From a virus, in IMG/VR virus record IMGVR_UViG_3300017917_002108, positions 64,001-128,000 of that record: 64,000 nt of DNA; one strand, 5' to 3'. Both the position numbers and the translations under genes were made by a program. Of this stretch, positions 44,776 to 55,487 are shown one piece after another. The notes below the pieces were generated by a model. It had not been told where the DNA came from and did no database searches. It worked only from the letters and a program-made list of their open reading frames with translations. The stretch's first letter is position 1. Every line of letters starts with the position of its first letter.

Positions 44776-45632
44776 ATAATTTCCATTAGTCTCTCTTTGT
44801 TTCTAATTATACTTTGTTTATTCATAACATGTATATCGATTCCTTCGGTAGCTGCCGCCCAAAAACTACCGCAATCGTTGGGTTTATCAATTAAATGTAC
44901 AAGTTTATTTCCATCCACCGATAATAAAATATCTTTATCATAAACAGACAGCACAGGAGGTAATGAATATATCTGATCTACTTCGTATCCGTTCATAATA
45001 TGACGGGCCACACTAAATGCTATATCATTTCTAAACTGTCTGGGATCAAATCTATAAAGATCTGCATAGTACCTATAATTGTCTCTGACAAAGTTTACCA
45101 AGTGAAAAAAGAATTTACTTTCTTGACTTTTATCGAACATAACAGTTGTGGCCCAAAACATATGAATACCTGTCTCCGAGACTCTACGATCTAAAACGCC
45201 AATGCGTTCTCCTGTTATATCATTTATGGTTTGACCCATGATTACTGGCGAATCAACATTCCAGTATTCATTTAGGCTATTTGAAAAAATTAAAAAATCA
45301 GAATCGATCAAAAGTGTTTTATCATAGGGACTTAGGTCCCATGCTGAATATCTATTAGAATTTTCAAATGGAATGTTCTGGCTATCGAATCCGTCGTGTA
45401 GTTTTCTATAATTTTTTGTTACCGGTTTTTCTACTTCTATTATCTTGTCAAATATTTCTAATGCTTTATCTTTATTTCCAGACTCGGTCATCCATTCAAG
45501 GGTATACTTGTCAGTTACTAGGCTGACCGGAACATTTAAATTTTTCTTAGCCAACCCTCCGGCTATAATCGCCATTAATCCGTAATCCACACTAGGATTG
45601 TTATGAGCGAAGATCAATACACCGTTGTTCAT
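44772..45632 (-). CDS. nucleotide-diphospho-sugar transferase (GT8-like)
   Basis: LSPYDKTLLIDSDF (DxD), RNDIAFS, HVMNK. Confidence 0.75.
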   Translation of the reverse strand: MNNGVLIFAHNNPSVDYGLMAIIAGGLAKKNLNVPVSLVTDKYTLEWMTESGNKDKALEIFDKIIEVEKPVTKNYRKLHDGFDSQNIPFENSNRYSAWDLSPYDKTLLIDSDFLIFSNSLNEYWNVDSPVIMGQTINDITGERIGVLDRRVSETGIHMFWATTVMFDKSQESKFFFHLVNFVRDNYRYYADLYRFDPRQFRNDIAFSVARHIMNGYEVDQIYSLPPVLSVYDKDILLSVDGNKLVHLIDKPNDCGSFWAAATEGIDIHVMNKQSIIRNKERLMEII

Positions 45633-45979
45633 AGATCAAGTAATTTTTCAACTGTTCTGCTATTTTTAATTTTTTGATATTCTTCGTAATATTCGTAGGT
45701 AGATGTAAAATACCTATCAAGTATTTCATCTCTAAATTTGGTAAGATCGGGGATTAATATAGGATTGTCGTTTTGATCTACTAGGGGAACATTTTCGGTT
45801 CGATCCTGATCAATTAACATCTGTACAAAAACTATCAATGATCGATCTATTTTAAATAGACCTCCTTGATAGCCGTAGGTTAATTTAGCATTTATTTTTT
45901 CTTTTAGAGTTTTTCTCTGGATAGACAATGTCTGTCTATAATTGGAAAAGTCTAACGCCTTTTTTAGACGCTCGTCCAT
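45629..45979 (-). CDS. hypothetical protein
   Basis: First gene of the GT operon; SD AGGAG. Confidence 0.72.
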   Translation of the reverse strand: MDERLKKALDFSNYRQTLSIQRKTLKEKINAKLTYGYQGGLFKIDRSLIVFVQMLIDQDRTENVPLVDQNDNPILIPDLTKFRDEILDRYFTSTYEYYEEYQKIKNSRTVEKLLDL

Positions 45980-45983
45980 ACCG

Positions 45984-46030
45984 TCTCCTATAAAATACGC
46001 ACATTATTTATGTGGGATAAAATAGGAAGA
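45984..46030 (-). promoter_or_regulatory. late motif TAAATA (46005-46010) at the apex of an imperfect hairpin that pairs the SD
   Basis: Minus strand TCTTCCTAT...CACAT-AAATA-ATGTG...ATAGGAGA. Confidence 0.55.
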
Positions 46031-46036
46031 AAAAAT

Positions 46037-46954
46037 TTAACTACCGGTAATAGACGAAATGACTGTTGAACTTGGGCCCGAAACGGCAAAACTACCCGAA
46101 GTTCCGGTGGGCTGTAGAACTCCATAGGCTCTAACCGAGTCTACTGTAAGCGAAAGTGTACCATCGACTAGATCGCCCGGAGCAGGAAGTCCGGGATCAG
46201 AATAATTGTCTATCCAGGTAATTCTAAATGTGATAACATTAGCAGTACCTGTTGAATTATTGGCTGTATTGCAAAGAGCTTCTAGTCTCCAATTATTGGC
46301 ACTATAAGGGCTGCTAGAAGATAATGAATAAAATTGCTGATAACTAGATGTCAACGAATAAAAATTTACGGCACCTGTATTACCACCAAACGGCTGAACT
46401 CCTGCCGAAGATAATAAATTACTCCAAGCAGTATTTTGTGCCACCGAAGTTCCACCTGTCCTCGAACTTGCAAATCTTATTTTGCCACCTGCATTGAAAA
46501 AATTTCTAGCCTTTTCAGCATCGGAAAAAGACACTGTAACTGTACAAGACAAAGAATTTGACCAAGATGCAGATGTAGATTGAGATCCCAGTGCATCTGT
46601 TACATATTGTCCAGCACCAATATCAAATCTATTAGTTTGTGTTGTTGATGCTAGAGTATCATACTGAGTGTTAGGATTTCCGGCACCGTATCTAATTACA
46701 TCTGTATTCTGTACTGTAACCATAGAAGTTGGAGCAGTACCGGTTTGATGCAACAGTGCATTGTAGATGTCGTATCGTAATTGATCCCATTGGGTTTTTG
46801 TAATTTGATTTCCTACAGACACCGCAGAACTAAAAGTAGTTTGACCATATCCGTAACTAGCGTCTGCACCTGAATACGAAGTACTCATCACTCTAATAAT
46901 CTTACTTCTTATAGAATTATAATCCGTAGCCGAAATTAAATCACCGATTGCCAT
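46037..46954 (-). CDS. putative tail/virion structural protein
   Basis: Ser/Thr/Gly-rich; ARNFFNAGGKIRF motif; last gene of the tail fibre block. Confidence 0.62.
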   Translation of the reverse strand: MAIGDLISATDYNSIRSKIIRVMSTSYSGADASYGYGQTTFSSAVSVGNQITKTQWDQLRYDIYNALLHQTGTAPTSMVTVQNTDVIRYGAGNPNTQYDTLASTTQTNRFDIGAGQYVTDALGSQSTSASWSNSLSCTVTVSFSDAEKARNFFNAGGKIRFASSRTGGTSVAQNTAWSNLLSSAGVQPFGGNTGAVNFYSLTSSYQQFYSLSSSSPYSANNWRLEALCNTANNSTGTANVITFRITWIDNYSDPGLPAPGDLVDGTLSLTVDSVRAYGVLQPTGTSGSFAVSGPSSTVISSITGS

Positions 46955-46964
46955 AATTTATACC

Positions 46965-48719
46965 TTACAATATTACTGCTTCAATTAGTTTTAAACCTAC
47001 ATCATCGCTGCTTTCTAGAGCAATAGCAAACACATCATTCGCATGCGGAACAGCGGCGGTAGCAGCACCATCATTAGATGCTATTAATCTTTGACCTTTT
47101 TTCACAGATCCAATTACTTTGACCGGAACACGTCCCTTGAGAGCAACATAAACACCCCCTTCGAGATCTTTATTCATCATAAACGCAGGATTAGCACTGA
47201 TAACACCTATAGCTCTGTCGCCCCAACTGCTGGCTGTGATTTCTTTTTCGCCGCCTATTACAACAACAGTACCTGGTTGATATTCAGCATCTGGTAGATA
47301 TTTTTCTGCTAGGTCGGCATATCTTGCAGCAGTAGCAGTTCCATTGAACAATGTAGCAGTTAGATTGCCAGATCCATCTCTAGCTGCAATAGTATCAGCA
47401 GTCGCGGTAGTTTTTGCAGATTTATAAGCAGAAGAATCATCTATCGCGGCATCGTCGATTTTTAGTTTATCTGTTTTGTCTGTGGTGCCAATAAATCTAT
47501 TAGCTGTAATATTAGCAGAGGTGTCTCTTAAGGCAATAGATGTTGCTACAGCACCAAGTTCTCCCACTAGACTATTGAGTGTAGTAGCGTTTGAAGCTGT
47601 TCCTGTAACTGAACCGATAACATTTCCGTTTAATGTCCCAGTAAAACTACCTATAAAGGTCTGTGTGGCTGCATTAAATGCCACCGTGTCGTCGTTGGCT
47701 CTAACATTTCCCTTATGGATACCTGTGCTATTTCCTGTGATATTTCCTGTGACATTACCGATAAGTGTGGTTGCATATATATTAGCATACTTACTAGCGG
47801 TACTTCCGATATTAAAAAAGTCTGTTGTACCTGGTAATATAGCACTAGGAGTGAATATAGCAACGTTTCTTAGATCGCTATCACTTACACGTATTCTTAT
47901 AGCTATAGTATTACCTAAACGATTCTCTATTACAGGTTCATCACCATTTTCTACCCTAAATCGTATATCGTTTTGATCACCTAGTGTGAAACCTGCATCA
48001 TTAAATGAAATTTCTTGTTCAAATGCAACTTCGCCTAGTCTGACAAAATCACTGGCTAGGTATCCGCCTAGTCTTGCTGAGTTTGATGCAGTACCCCAAA
48101 AATAATGATCGGTACTAGTAACACCAGTACTACCATTAGTATTAACTAGATTAAAACCTTTTTTGAGGATAGTGAAACCTGTGATAGGATTGATATCACT
48201 GTCTAGTGTAAATGCATCTTTACTGACTATTCCGATAACCTCGCCGCCCGAAAACAGCTTCATAATAGTGTGGTTAGTGCCTACATTATCTTTAACAACC
48301 TGAGAAGCAACTGTACTAGCACCCAAATCAGGTGCTGCTTCTGGTCCGATGAGAATGAATTCTGTACCGTTATAGGTATATAATTGTTCTGCACTGGTGT
48401 CAAACCACATATCACCTAGTTGTAAACCAGTAGGAGCGGTTGGTCCTACTTCTGCACCGCTGGCTGTTCTATATCTAATACCGTCGTAGAAACGCAGTTT
48501 TTTAGTACCGCTATCAAACCAAATCTGTCCAGAAAGAGATTTAGGTGGTTGTGTAGTGTTTGAAAAATTCTCTAGTAGATGTAGGAAGTTTTCGTTCTGT
48601 ACTTCACCATATCCGGCGTAATTTTTACCTACAAATCGTAGATCAGTAGTGGTGTCAATGGTGCCGTCGTCTACAGAGACTAAAAACGTTCCATTATATC
48701 TGTCTACTTGATATGCCAT
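46965..48719 (-). CDS. tail fibre protein with C-terminal auto-cleaving chaperone-like domain
   Basis: Shared N-terminal module (GKNYAGYGEVQNENFLHLLENF), G-N-V-T-G repeats, ARYADLAEKY...VALKGRVPVKV. Confidence 0.78.
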   Translation of the reverse strand: MAYQVDRYNGTFLVSVDDGTIDTTTDLRFVGKNYAGYGEVQNENFLHLLENFSNTTQPPKSLSGQIWFDSGTKKLRFYDGIRYRTASGAEVGPTAPTGLQLGDMWFDTSAEQLYTYNGTEFILIGPEAAPDLGASTVASQVVKDNVGTNHTIMKLFSGGEVIGIVSKDAFTLDSDINPITGFTILKKGFNLVNTNGSTGVTSTDHYFWGTASNSARLGGYLASDFVRLGEVAFEQEISFNDAGFTLGDQNDIRFRVENGDEPVIENRLGNTIAIRIRVSDSDLRNVAIFTPSAILPGTTDFFNIGSTASKYANIYATTLIGNVTGNITGNSTGIHKGNVRANDDTVAFNAATQTFIGSFTGTLNGNVIGSVTGTASNATTLNSLVGELGAVATSIALRDTSANITANRFIGTTDKTDKLKIDDAAIDDSSAYKSAKTTATADTIAARDGSGNLTATLFNGTATAARYADLAEKYLPDAEYQPGTVVVIGGEKEITASSWGDRAIGVISANPAFMMNKDLEGGVYVALKGRVPVKVIGSVKKGQRLIASNDGAATAAVPHANDVFAIALESSDDVGLKLIEAVIL

Positions 48720-48763
48720 TGATCAACTCCATTATAATAGTTATTTATCGGAAATAATATCTT

Positions 48764-50854
48764 TTAAATCCTGCCCACTACTACTTCAATAATACCCGAA
48801 AAACCCTCAAAATCTTCTAGTGCCTTGCCTATAACTGACCCTATTTTAGGGTCTTGTGCAGATTTGGCCTGTCCAAGTCCTGCACTTACTAGCATATCTC
48901 CCTTGCATATCTTTCCTGTTACCTTGCAAAACACTCTACCCTGTAGTGCTAGGGGGACTACTGTTTGCCCTTGGAGCATGCTGTTCATTAAATATGCAGG
49001 ATTACTCGATACTACACCTGCAATTTTTCTAGTCTCGTTGGCGGCTAAAGTTACTTCTTGATCACCACCAAATTCTAATACAGTTCCAGCTTCATATATG
49101 TTATCGGCCAGATAATTTTCTGCTAAATCTGCATATCTTGCCGATGTAGCTGTACCTATAAAACTATTTGCACCAACATCAATGTCTTTATTTGCTACCC
49201 ATTTATCACCAGAAGTAGCATAAACAAAAGAAGCATTAGAACCTGCTATGAAAATACCTGCTCCATTTGCATCAGCATTATTATTAGAACCATTGGCCAG
49301 TGTGATTGTCTTGTCAGCTATTTCAACCTGTGTTGACGAAACTGTTGTTGTAGTTCCTTGTACGGTAAAATTACCAGAAACCACAAAATTTCCGTTGGCT
49401 GTTATAGTTGCTCCGCCAGTAGTTGGATATAATGCGCTGGCTCTTAGTTCAGATCCATAATAAGAAGTAGCATAAATTTTATTAAAACCTGAGGTATTAG
49501 TACCTATATTGATCGGACTTCCCGAAGGAACTAATGCCGTGGTATTTTCAGCTCCCTGTAATAATGCTGTCGCAGCATTAATAAAGGAAATGTCGGGCCC
49601 GGAAGATCCTAGATCAAAATTCAATGTGCCTGTAGTTGATCTTATAGTAGGAACCGTAGAATCTAGATATATTTTAAGAGGTGCTGTGCCACCAGGATTT
49701 CCTATGTTGATCGAACCACTGTCACTGACATTAATATAGGACAATGTTCCTAATGTGGTCAGTGCAGAACTTAATATATTTGATGCTAATGATGTACCTG
49801 TTAGAGTATTAGCTGCGGCAGGTACTGTGATGTCTTGTGTTCCATCAAATACAACGCCATTTATACTATGAGAAGATGATAATCTTGTAGCTGAAAATGC
49901 ATTACCGCTAAGTGTGGCTCCCACGAACTCGGTAGCAATTACAGTGTTAAAGGTACTCACACCATTACTAGTTATATCTCCAGCAACATTTCCTATTAAA
50001 TCTGCGGTTATAGTTCCTGCAGAAAAATCTCCGGCACTATCTCTTGCAACTACTTTTCCAATTTGATTGCTTGGCGTGGCATCTACTGTCCATGTTATTG
50101 TTGTAGATCCATCAAAATTATTACCGCTTAGATATTCTCCAGCTACAAGATTAGCAGTGGTGCTGGCTTTGATTGTTATGTTGTTCTCTCCGTTAAAGAA
50201 AACACCATTTATATTTCTGCCTGGTTCTAATTTATTAGCAGAGCTTGCATTGCCTAAGAGATTTCCAACAAAATTTCTATAATTAGTTACGTTAAATCCA
50301 CCTGTAATGGTAGGAAATCCAGGTAATAAATTAGAAGAACCCGGCGTAAATGTATCTTTAGATGCAATAGCAATTACTAGATCATCGACAGATAATTCTA
50401 AAATCGCATGATTTACTCCGCTGGTATCTAGCACTCCTCTGGATCTTATTTTTGTAAGGCCAAAACCTTCTACAGCTTCGGGTCCTATCAATTTCCATAC
50501 TCCAGTATCATATACGAATAACTGTTCTGTGGTATTTTTATACCACAGATATCCGTCATAACCTTCAGGTTCAGTGTCGGAAAATGATGCGGAACCTACA
50601 GGTGCCCAAACAGTTCCATCATAGACGTTTAGAGTTTTATTAGAAGTGTCGTACCATATTTGACCAGAAATAGGACGCGATGGTGGAGAACTGTTAGCAA
50701 AATTTTCTAGGATGTGTACAAAATTTTCGTTTTGTACTTCTCCATATCCTGTGTAATTTCTACCAACAAGACCTAAACTTGTGCTAGTATCTAATGTGCC
50801 ATCTTCTAGTACTACAAGTTCAGTCCCATCATATCTATTAATTAAATATGCCAT
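48764..50854 (-). CDS. tail fibre protein with C-terminal auto-cleaving chaperone-like domain
   Basis: Same N-terminal module, R.INGV.F.G..I fibre repeats, ARYADLAENY...LQGRVFCKV. Confidence 0.78.
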   Translation of the reverse strand: MAYLINRYDGTELVVLEDGTLDTSTSLGLVGRNYTGYGEVQNENFVHILENFANSSPPSRPISGQIWYDTSNKTLNVYDGTVWAPVGSASFSDTEPEGYDGYLWYKNTTEQLFVYDTGVWKLIGPEAVEGFGLTKIRSRGVLDTSGVNHAILELSVDDLVIAIASKDTFTPGSSNLLPGFPTITGGFNVTNYRNFVGNLLGNASSANKLEPGRNINGVFFNGENNITIKASTTANLVAGEYLSGNNFDGSTTITWTVDATPSNQIGKVVARDSAGDFSAGTITADLIGNVAGDITSNGVSTFNTVIATEFVGATLSGNAFSATRLSSSHSINGVVFDGTQDITVPAAANTLTGTSLASNILSSALTTLGTLSYINVSDSGSINIGNPGGTAPLKIYLDSTVPTIRSTTGTLNFDLGSSGPDISFINAATALLQGAENTTALVPSGSPINIGTNTSGFNKIYATSYYGSELRASALYPTTGGATITANGNFVVSGNFTVQGTTTTVSSTQVEIADKTITLANGSNNNADANGAGIFIAGSNASFVYATSGDKWVANKDIDVGANSFIGTATSARYADLAENYLADNIYEAGTVLEFGGDQEVTLAANETRKIAGVVSSNPAYLMNSMLQGQTVVPLALQGRVFCKVTGKICKGDMLVSAGLGQAKSAQDPKIGSVIGKALEDFEGFSGIIEVVVGRI

Positions 50855-50878
50855 AATCGCCCCTTGAATATTCGTTCA

Positions 50879-52717
50879 TCATGATATAAAAGTCCATGAA
50901 CCGCTGATAATTTGATAGGTCTTTACTATTCTTGATACTGATAGATTAGGAGCAGCGATAGTTGCGGTAGAAAAACTAATGTTGTTTAGACCGAATGCTG
51001 TGCCGGTTGGTGTAACAAATTCAGTAGAACTGGTGGCAGTTAAAGGATTAATTTCTAAATTAGTTGTATTGTTCACTAATAGAGAACATAAAATTCTAGC
51101 TACTGTTCCGTTTCTGTATTCAGCAACAGGTGCTATTTGTTCTAACCATGCTGCAATTCCAGAATTTGAAATACCATCCGATATATCAAAAGTAAAAGCC
51201 AATGATCGTGTTTCTGTTACACTATCTACATATTCTTTGGTAGCAGCATCCTGAGCTAAGGTGGGATCAGCGAGATTAGAAATTTTCTTAGAACCTAAAT
51301 TCAATGTTCCCGTACCATTTATATCTAGTGTAAGATCTGTGTTTGATGCTGTTACCTGGATAGTAGCATCATTCATAAAAATATCATCTACTGTAAATTG
51401 GGTTTGAGCACCAAAAGATGTTACTCCAGGAATACTTGTAATTCCAGGTCCCAATGCTGTTGCAGATAATACAGTAACACCATTAATTTTAAATTCTTTA
51501 CCAGATGCTAGATTGAAATGTTCAGTACTGGTCCATGCTTGGCTAGCCAATGCAGGCAAAGAATCATTGTAACCCGCTGCCAGAGCTTCCGGAGAGGATG
51601 ATGTAGCAGCTTGGCCAACATCGTGCCATAAAAGCACATGACTCGATGCTCCTTGTAAGATCAGGCCGCCGCCTGCTGCATTAGAGTCTGTGGGAGTTAT
51701 TCCTGTTTGTTTTGCTAATACTAGATTTTTATCTTCTATGGTAACTGTGCTAGTATTGACTGTGATCATATCGCCGTTAACTGTTAGATCTCCATCAACT
51801 ACTAAGCTTCCTCCCATATAAACTTCGCTGTCGGCGTAACCATCATACATGACTATACGTCTAGCAAGGGATTCGATCTGGAAAGCAGGTTCAGCAATAA
51901 CATCTCGTCTAACATTAAGAATCATATTCTTATTAGAAGCGATGTTGGCTAAGATTAAGTTTCCGTCTTGAACTTGAAACTGCCCTTGATTAGCATCACC
52001 AATGATCAAACCTAGATTCGAGGAAATAATAATCTGACCATTAATAATATTGGAAGTGTCATTTCTTACATAGGAACTAGCTGACTGATTACCTAATTTG
52101 TCTGAGTTGGTTGCGGTTACATTAAACTTGATTCCTTCCAAGGTGCCGGAATTAAAACCTGGTTGGATACTGCCGCTGAATCCCTCAATAGGCAATTTAG
52201 GAGTAAATGTATCCTTAGAAAAAATACCAATCAATATTCCGTTTGTGTATAAAGATGTTATAACTCTGTTTTGATTTAAGGTATCCAATATGTTTACTAC
52301 CTTAAGACCACTTACACCTTGGCTGGCTGAATAATCAGGTCCTAATAAAATCGTGCTTGTGCCGTCAAAGAAATATAATTGCTTGTCAACATCATTAAAC
52401 CACATGTCTCCAACACCTAATGTCAAAGGTTGAGAACTTGCGATTGTAGCCGAGCTCACCGGAACAAAACCGCTACCATTATAAACTTTAAGTTTTAGCT
52501 CTGAAGTATCAAACCATATCTGCCCACGTATAGGATGAACGGGTGCCGACGAATTAGAAAAATTCTCTAATAACTTGATAAGATTTTCATTAAACGCTTC
52601 ACCAAATCCACTATAATTTTTTCCGATAAGTGTGATATCTGACGAAAGGCTATCAACCTGACCATCTGCTACCGTTGCTAATATTGTTCCGTCTGTTTTA
52701 TTGATTGTATATGCCAT
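50879..52717 (-). CDS. tail fibre-like structural protein
   Basis: Same N-terminal module; GDLTVNG...IEDKNLVL; KISNLADPT..QDAATKEYVD stalk motif. Confidence 0.75.
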   Translation of the reverse strand: MAYTINKTDGTILATVADGQVDSLSSDITLIGKNYSGFGEAFNENLIKLLENFSNSSAPVHPIRGQIWFDTSELKLKVYNGSGFVPVSSATIASSQPLTLGVGDMWFNDVDKQLYFFDGTSTILLGPDYSASQGVSGLKVVNILDTLNQNRVITSLYTNGILIGIFSKDTFTPKLPIEGFSGSIQPGFNSGTLEGIKFNVTATNSDKLGNQSASSYVRNDTSNIINGQIIISSNLGLIIGDANQGQFQVQDGNLILANIASNKNMILNVRRDVIAEPAFQIESLARRIVMYDGYADSEVYMGGSLVVDGDLTVNGDMITVNTSTVTIEDKNLVLAKQTGITPTDSNAAGGGLILQGASSHVLLWHDVGQAATSSSPEALAAGYNDSLPALASQAWTSTEHFNLASGKEFKINGVTVLSATALGPGITSIPGVTSFGAQTQFTVDDIFMNDATIQVTASNTDLTLDINGTGTLNLGSKKISNLADPTLAQDAATKEYVDSVTETRSLAFTFDISDGISNSGIAAWLEQIAPVAEYRNGTVARILCSLLVNNTTNLEINPLTATSSTEFVTPTGTAFGLNNISFSTATIAAPNLSVSRIVKTYQIISGSWTFIS

Positions 52718-52727
52718 AGTTTATACC

Positions 52728-54803
52728 TTAGAATGCCGGTGGTCCTGAACGAATAATATAGTTCAATGTAAGGAATGGATTCATCACTGAAAATTCTTGT
52801 CCCAACGAACCAGATGTTTTAACTCCACCCGAAGATGGTAGATATTGACTTTGTCCTATAGTCGTTGGACCTTTATCTGATAGAGAACCAGTATCACTAG
52901 GAATGGCGCTATCTACTCTAGTAGAATAATATTGTTGCCCAGTTGACCCTTTCATGCTGTGTTCATGTTCAGGTAAATTATTAACTGTTAAACTATTAGA
53001 ACTCTGGCCTCCACTGTCTCCAAGGTTATCTGGTGCTGTTCCTGCTACTCTATCTATGTTGCCGCCTCCGGCATCAATATAGCTACCCAACGAATTCGGA
53101 ACAGTATTATTGTTATCCATATTGTCTTTGCCCAAAGGAAATCTTCCTCTTAAATCAGGCAATCTAAACGTACCAACACCATTGAGTGCTATAGAATTAT
53201 ATCTGTTTCCTAAAACGTCATACAAATCCGGAAACTTTGATCTTTCTACTTCGCTACCATCGCACAAAAGATAACCATATGGTGCTTCTGTACCTGCATA
53301 TGGTAATATCCCCCCAATCGGCACTGCTAAATCAGAAACAAATGTATTCCTTGTTTGTTTTAGTAGACCTTCCGTTGATCTGTATACTAAAACATAATCA
53401 TTCTTTTTCGATAAGTTAGGTGAAGGTTCGTTTTTAGAACTGATCAACGCAGAAGTTAATGTAGTATTAAAAGTTTTAGTGAGTCCACCGACTTGTCCGT
53501 CAAATGTGAAACTAGGAGATGTCACATCCCCTTCCATCTTGAAAGTTGTGACAAATTTAAGATTAGTAGAAGTTGCCGAATTTCCTGTAATGTTTCCAGA
53601 AAGCACTCCCTGAAGGGTTTCAGCAACGACAGTCTTAGCATGGACTGTGTTCCATCGTTTTAATTCTGACCCGACATCATATGTGTCTTTGAGTTTAGGT
53701 TGTATATTATGGAATTGTGATGTACCTGTGACATCTATTCCATCTCCGACTAATAGGTTTTTAGTAATAGCTGCACCACCGGCGGTAATCAAAGTGCCGT
53801 TTTCAAAATTGGTGCTAGCGGTAGTATCTGTTAATATCAACGATCCATTAGATTTAATATTTCCATCAACGTCTAATGCTTCTGTTGGAGCTGCGACATT
53901 TATACCTACAGTATTTTCTAAAACTCTAAGAATCGTATTAGGAATGCCATCTCGATTGACCTGTAAATCAATACTAGATCCGGGACTGGCATTATAAATT
54001 TTTCCTGCTATATCGCTGTTAGAAATACTGAAAGTACCGTTAACACCTAAAGTAATGCCTTGATTGTTCCTGACGTTAATTCCGTATTCTGTAGTATTGA
54101 CAATGTCAGATCTTAAAAATTTACTGGCTGCTATCTCTACATTATTAATTGTAAGAGATTCTGCAGAAGTATTGGTTCCCCAAATTTTTGTATCTAATCC
54201 TCCCGTACCAATTTCATTACTGGTAAGATTCATACCTGATTTGATGGAGGTGAATCCACTGATCGATACCTTAGGTGTAAAACTATCTTTACTGAAAATA
54301 ATTACAGGTATGTCTTCAATATAAAAAGTTAAGACCACACGCGAAATATTATCAGAATCTATAATCTGTTCTACCAACGGTCCGCTTCTTAGACCTGTTG
54401 AAAAATTAGGCCCTACTAAAATCCAACGTGTTCCAGAGAATACATATAACTGTTGATTAGTTGTATCTACCCATAACTCGCCAACTTTAGATGAAGCTAC
54501 TGCAGGTTCTACACTGCTCTTCTGGATCTGAGATGCTGCTTTCCAAGTAGTACCATCAAAAACTTGTAGAGACGACACAGCTTCTGAAGAATCATACCAT
54601 AGTTGTCCTTCTACTGGGTTTACTGGTGCAGTGCTCTTTGCAAAATTTTCTAATATCGCTAAAAAATTTTCGGCAATGGTTTGACCATATCCCGTAACAT
54701 TTCGGCCTGGAAATGTCAAACTGGTATCTGTACTTGATGTATTGTCATACACCGTGATCGGTAATTTATTATCTTTGTCTGTAAAGTTTACGATATATGG
54801 CAT
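52728..54803 (-). CDS. tail fibre protein with tail collar domain
   Basis: Same N-terminal module; PIGGILPYAG...GYLLCDG...FRLPDLRGRF collar motif, LPEHEH, PFLTLNYII. Confidence 0.83.
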   Translation of the reverse strand: MPYIVNFTDKDNKLPITVYDNTSSTDTSLTFPGRNVTGYGQTIAENFLAILENFAKSTAPVNPVEGQLWYDSSEAVSSLQVFDGTTWKAASQIQKSSVEPAVASSKVGELWVDTTNQQLYVFSGTRWILVGPNFSTGLRSGPLVEQIIDSDNISRVVLTFYIEDIPVIIFSKDSFTPKVSISGFTSIKSGMNLTSNEIGTGGLDTKIWGTNTSAESLTINNVEIAASKFLRSDIVNTTEYGINVRNNQGITLGVNGTFSISNSDIAGKIYNASPGSSIDLQVNRDGIPNTILRVLENTVGINVAAPTEALDVDGNIKSNGSLILTDTTASTNFENGTLITAGGAAITKNLLVGDGIDVTGTSQFHNIQPKLKDTYDVGSELKRWNTVHAKTVVAETLQGVLSGNITGNSATSTNLKFVTTFKMEGDVTSPSFTFDGQVGGLTKTFNTTLTSALISSKNEPSPNLSKKNDYVLVYRSTEGLLKQTRNTFVSDLAVPIGGILPYAGTEAPYGYLLCDGSEVERSKFPDLYDVLGNRYNSIALNGVGTFRLPDLRGRFPLGKDNMDNNNTVPNSLGSYIDAGGGNIDRVAGTAPDNLGDSGGQSSNSLTVNNLPEHEHSMKGSTGQQYYSTRVDSAIPSDTGSLSDKGPTTIGQSQYLPSSGGVKTSGSLGQEFSVMNPFLTLNYIIRSGPPAF

Positions 54804-54805
54804 TT

Positions 54806-55477
54806 TTATACCTCAACAAAACTTGTGAGACTTTGAATTCTAATAGTGTAATCTATTTGAATTAAACGATTTAAAGATTTTTGTACGGGATGGAATATCA
54901 CATGAGTCAATAATTTTCCATCTCCGCTAGGATTGTATGATTTTAATCCTAATTCATCGAAAATAAAATCGCCATTCATAGTCTGGCTGTTATCAAATGC
55001 TTCTTGACCGTCAGGTTCGCCGTAGTCTAAAATACAGGAAATTAAGATGTCGCTGTATGTGGCTCCGCTAATATGTCTTATTTCCATCTTATTTCTTACT
55101 GGATCTAAATTTGCATCTGCATTCTGATCAATTATTTTAAAATAAGTTTGATTATATAAACTTGTATTAATACCAACAGTATTTGGAGTCAAATAGGTGA
55201 TTAATCCTGTCGGGTCAACGGTTGTGCCTCCGTTTCCAAATACCATTTCATAGATGGTACCCTGTCCTTGATTGGACAAAGCATTTACCATGGCTATACT
55301 CATATTTTCATAATGTATAGCATTGCGTTTATCTATAAAAACTTCTTGTGTTTCTGGGTCAAAAATCTTAATATGCCCTTCAAAATGGACTCCTCCGATC
55401 TCGTTAGGGCGTTTTTCGGCGATTTTTGCTTGTTCCGATTCAATATTTTTGGGCATATTAGTCTCTGGCTTTGTCAT
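54806..55477 (-). CDS. putative baseplate/tail fibre anchoring protein
   Basis: MVFGNGG, FDELGL, HPVQKS motifs; between the giant baseplate gene and the fibres; TAAATA at 55485-55490. Confidence 0.6.
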   Translation of the reverse strand: MTKPETNMPKNIESEQAKIAEKRPNEIGGVHFEGHIKIFDPETQEVFIDKRNAIHYENMSIAMVNALSNQGQGTIYEMVFGNGGTTVDPTGLITYLTPNTVGINTSLYNQTYFKIIDQNADANLDPVRNKMEIRHISGATYSDILISCILDYGEPDGQEAFDNSQTMNGDFIFDELGLKSYNPSGDGKLLTHVIFHPVQKSLNRLIQIDYTIRIQSLTSFVEV

Positions 55478-55487
55478 AATAGTGTAT

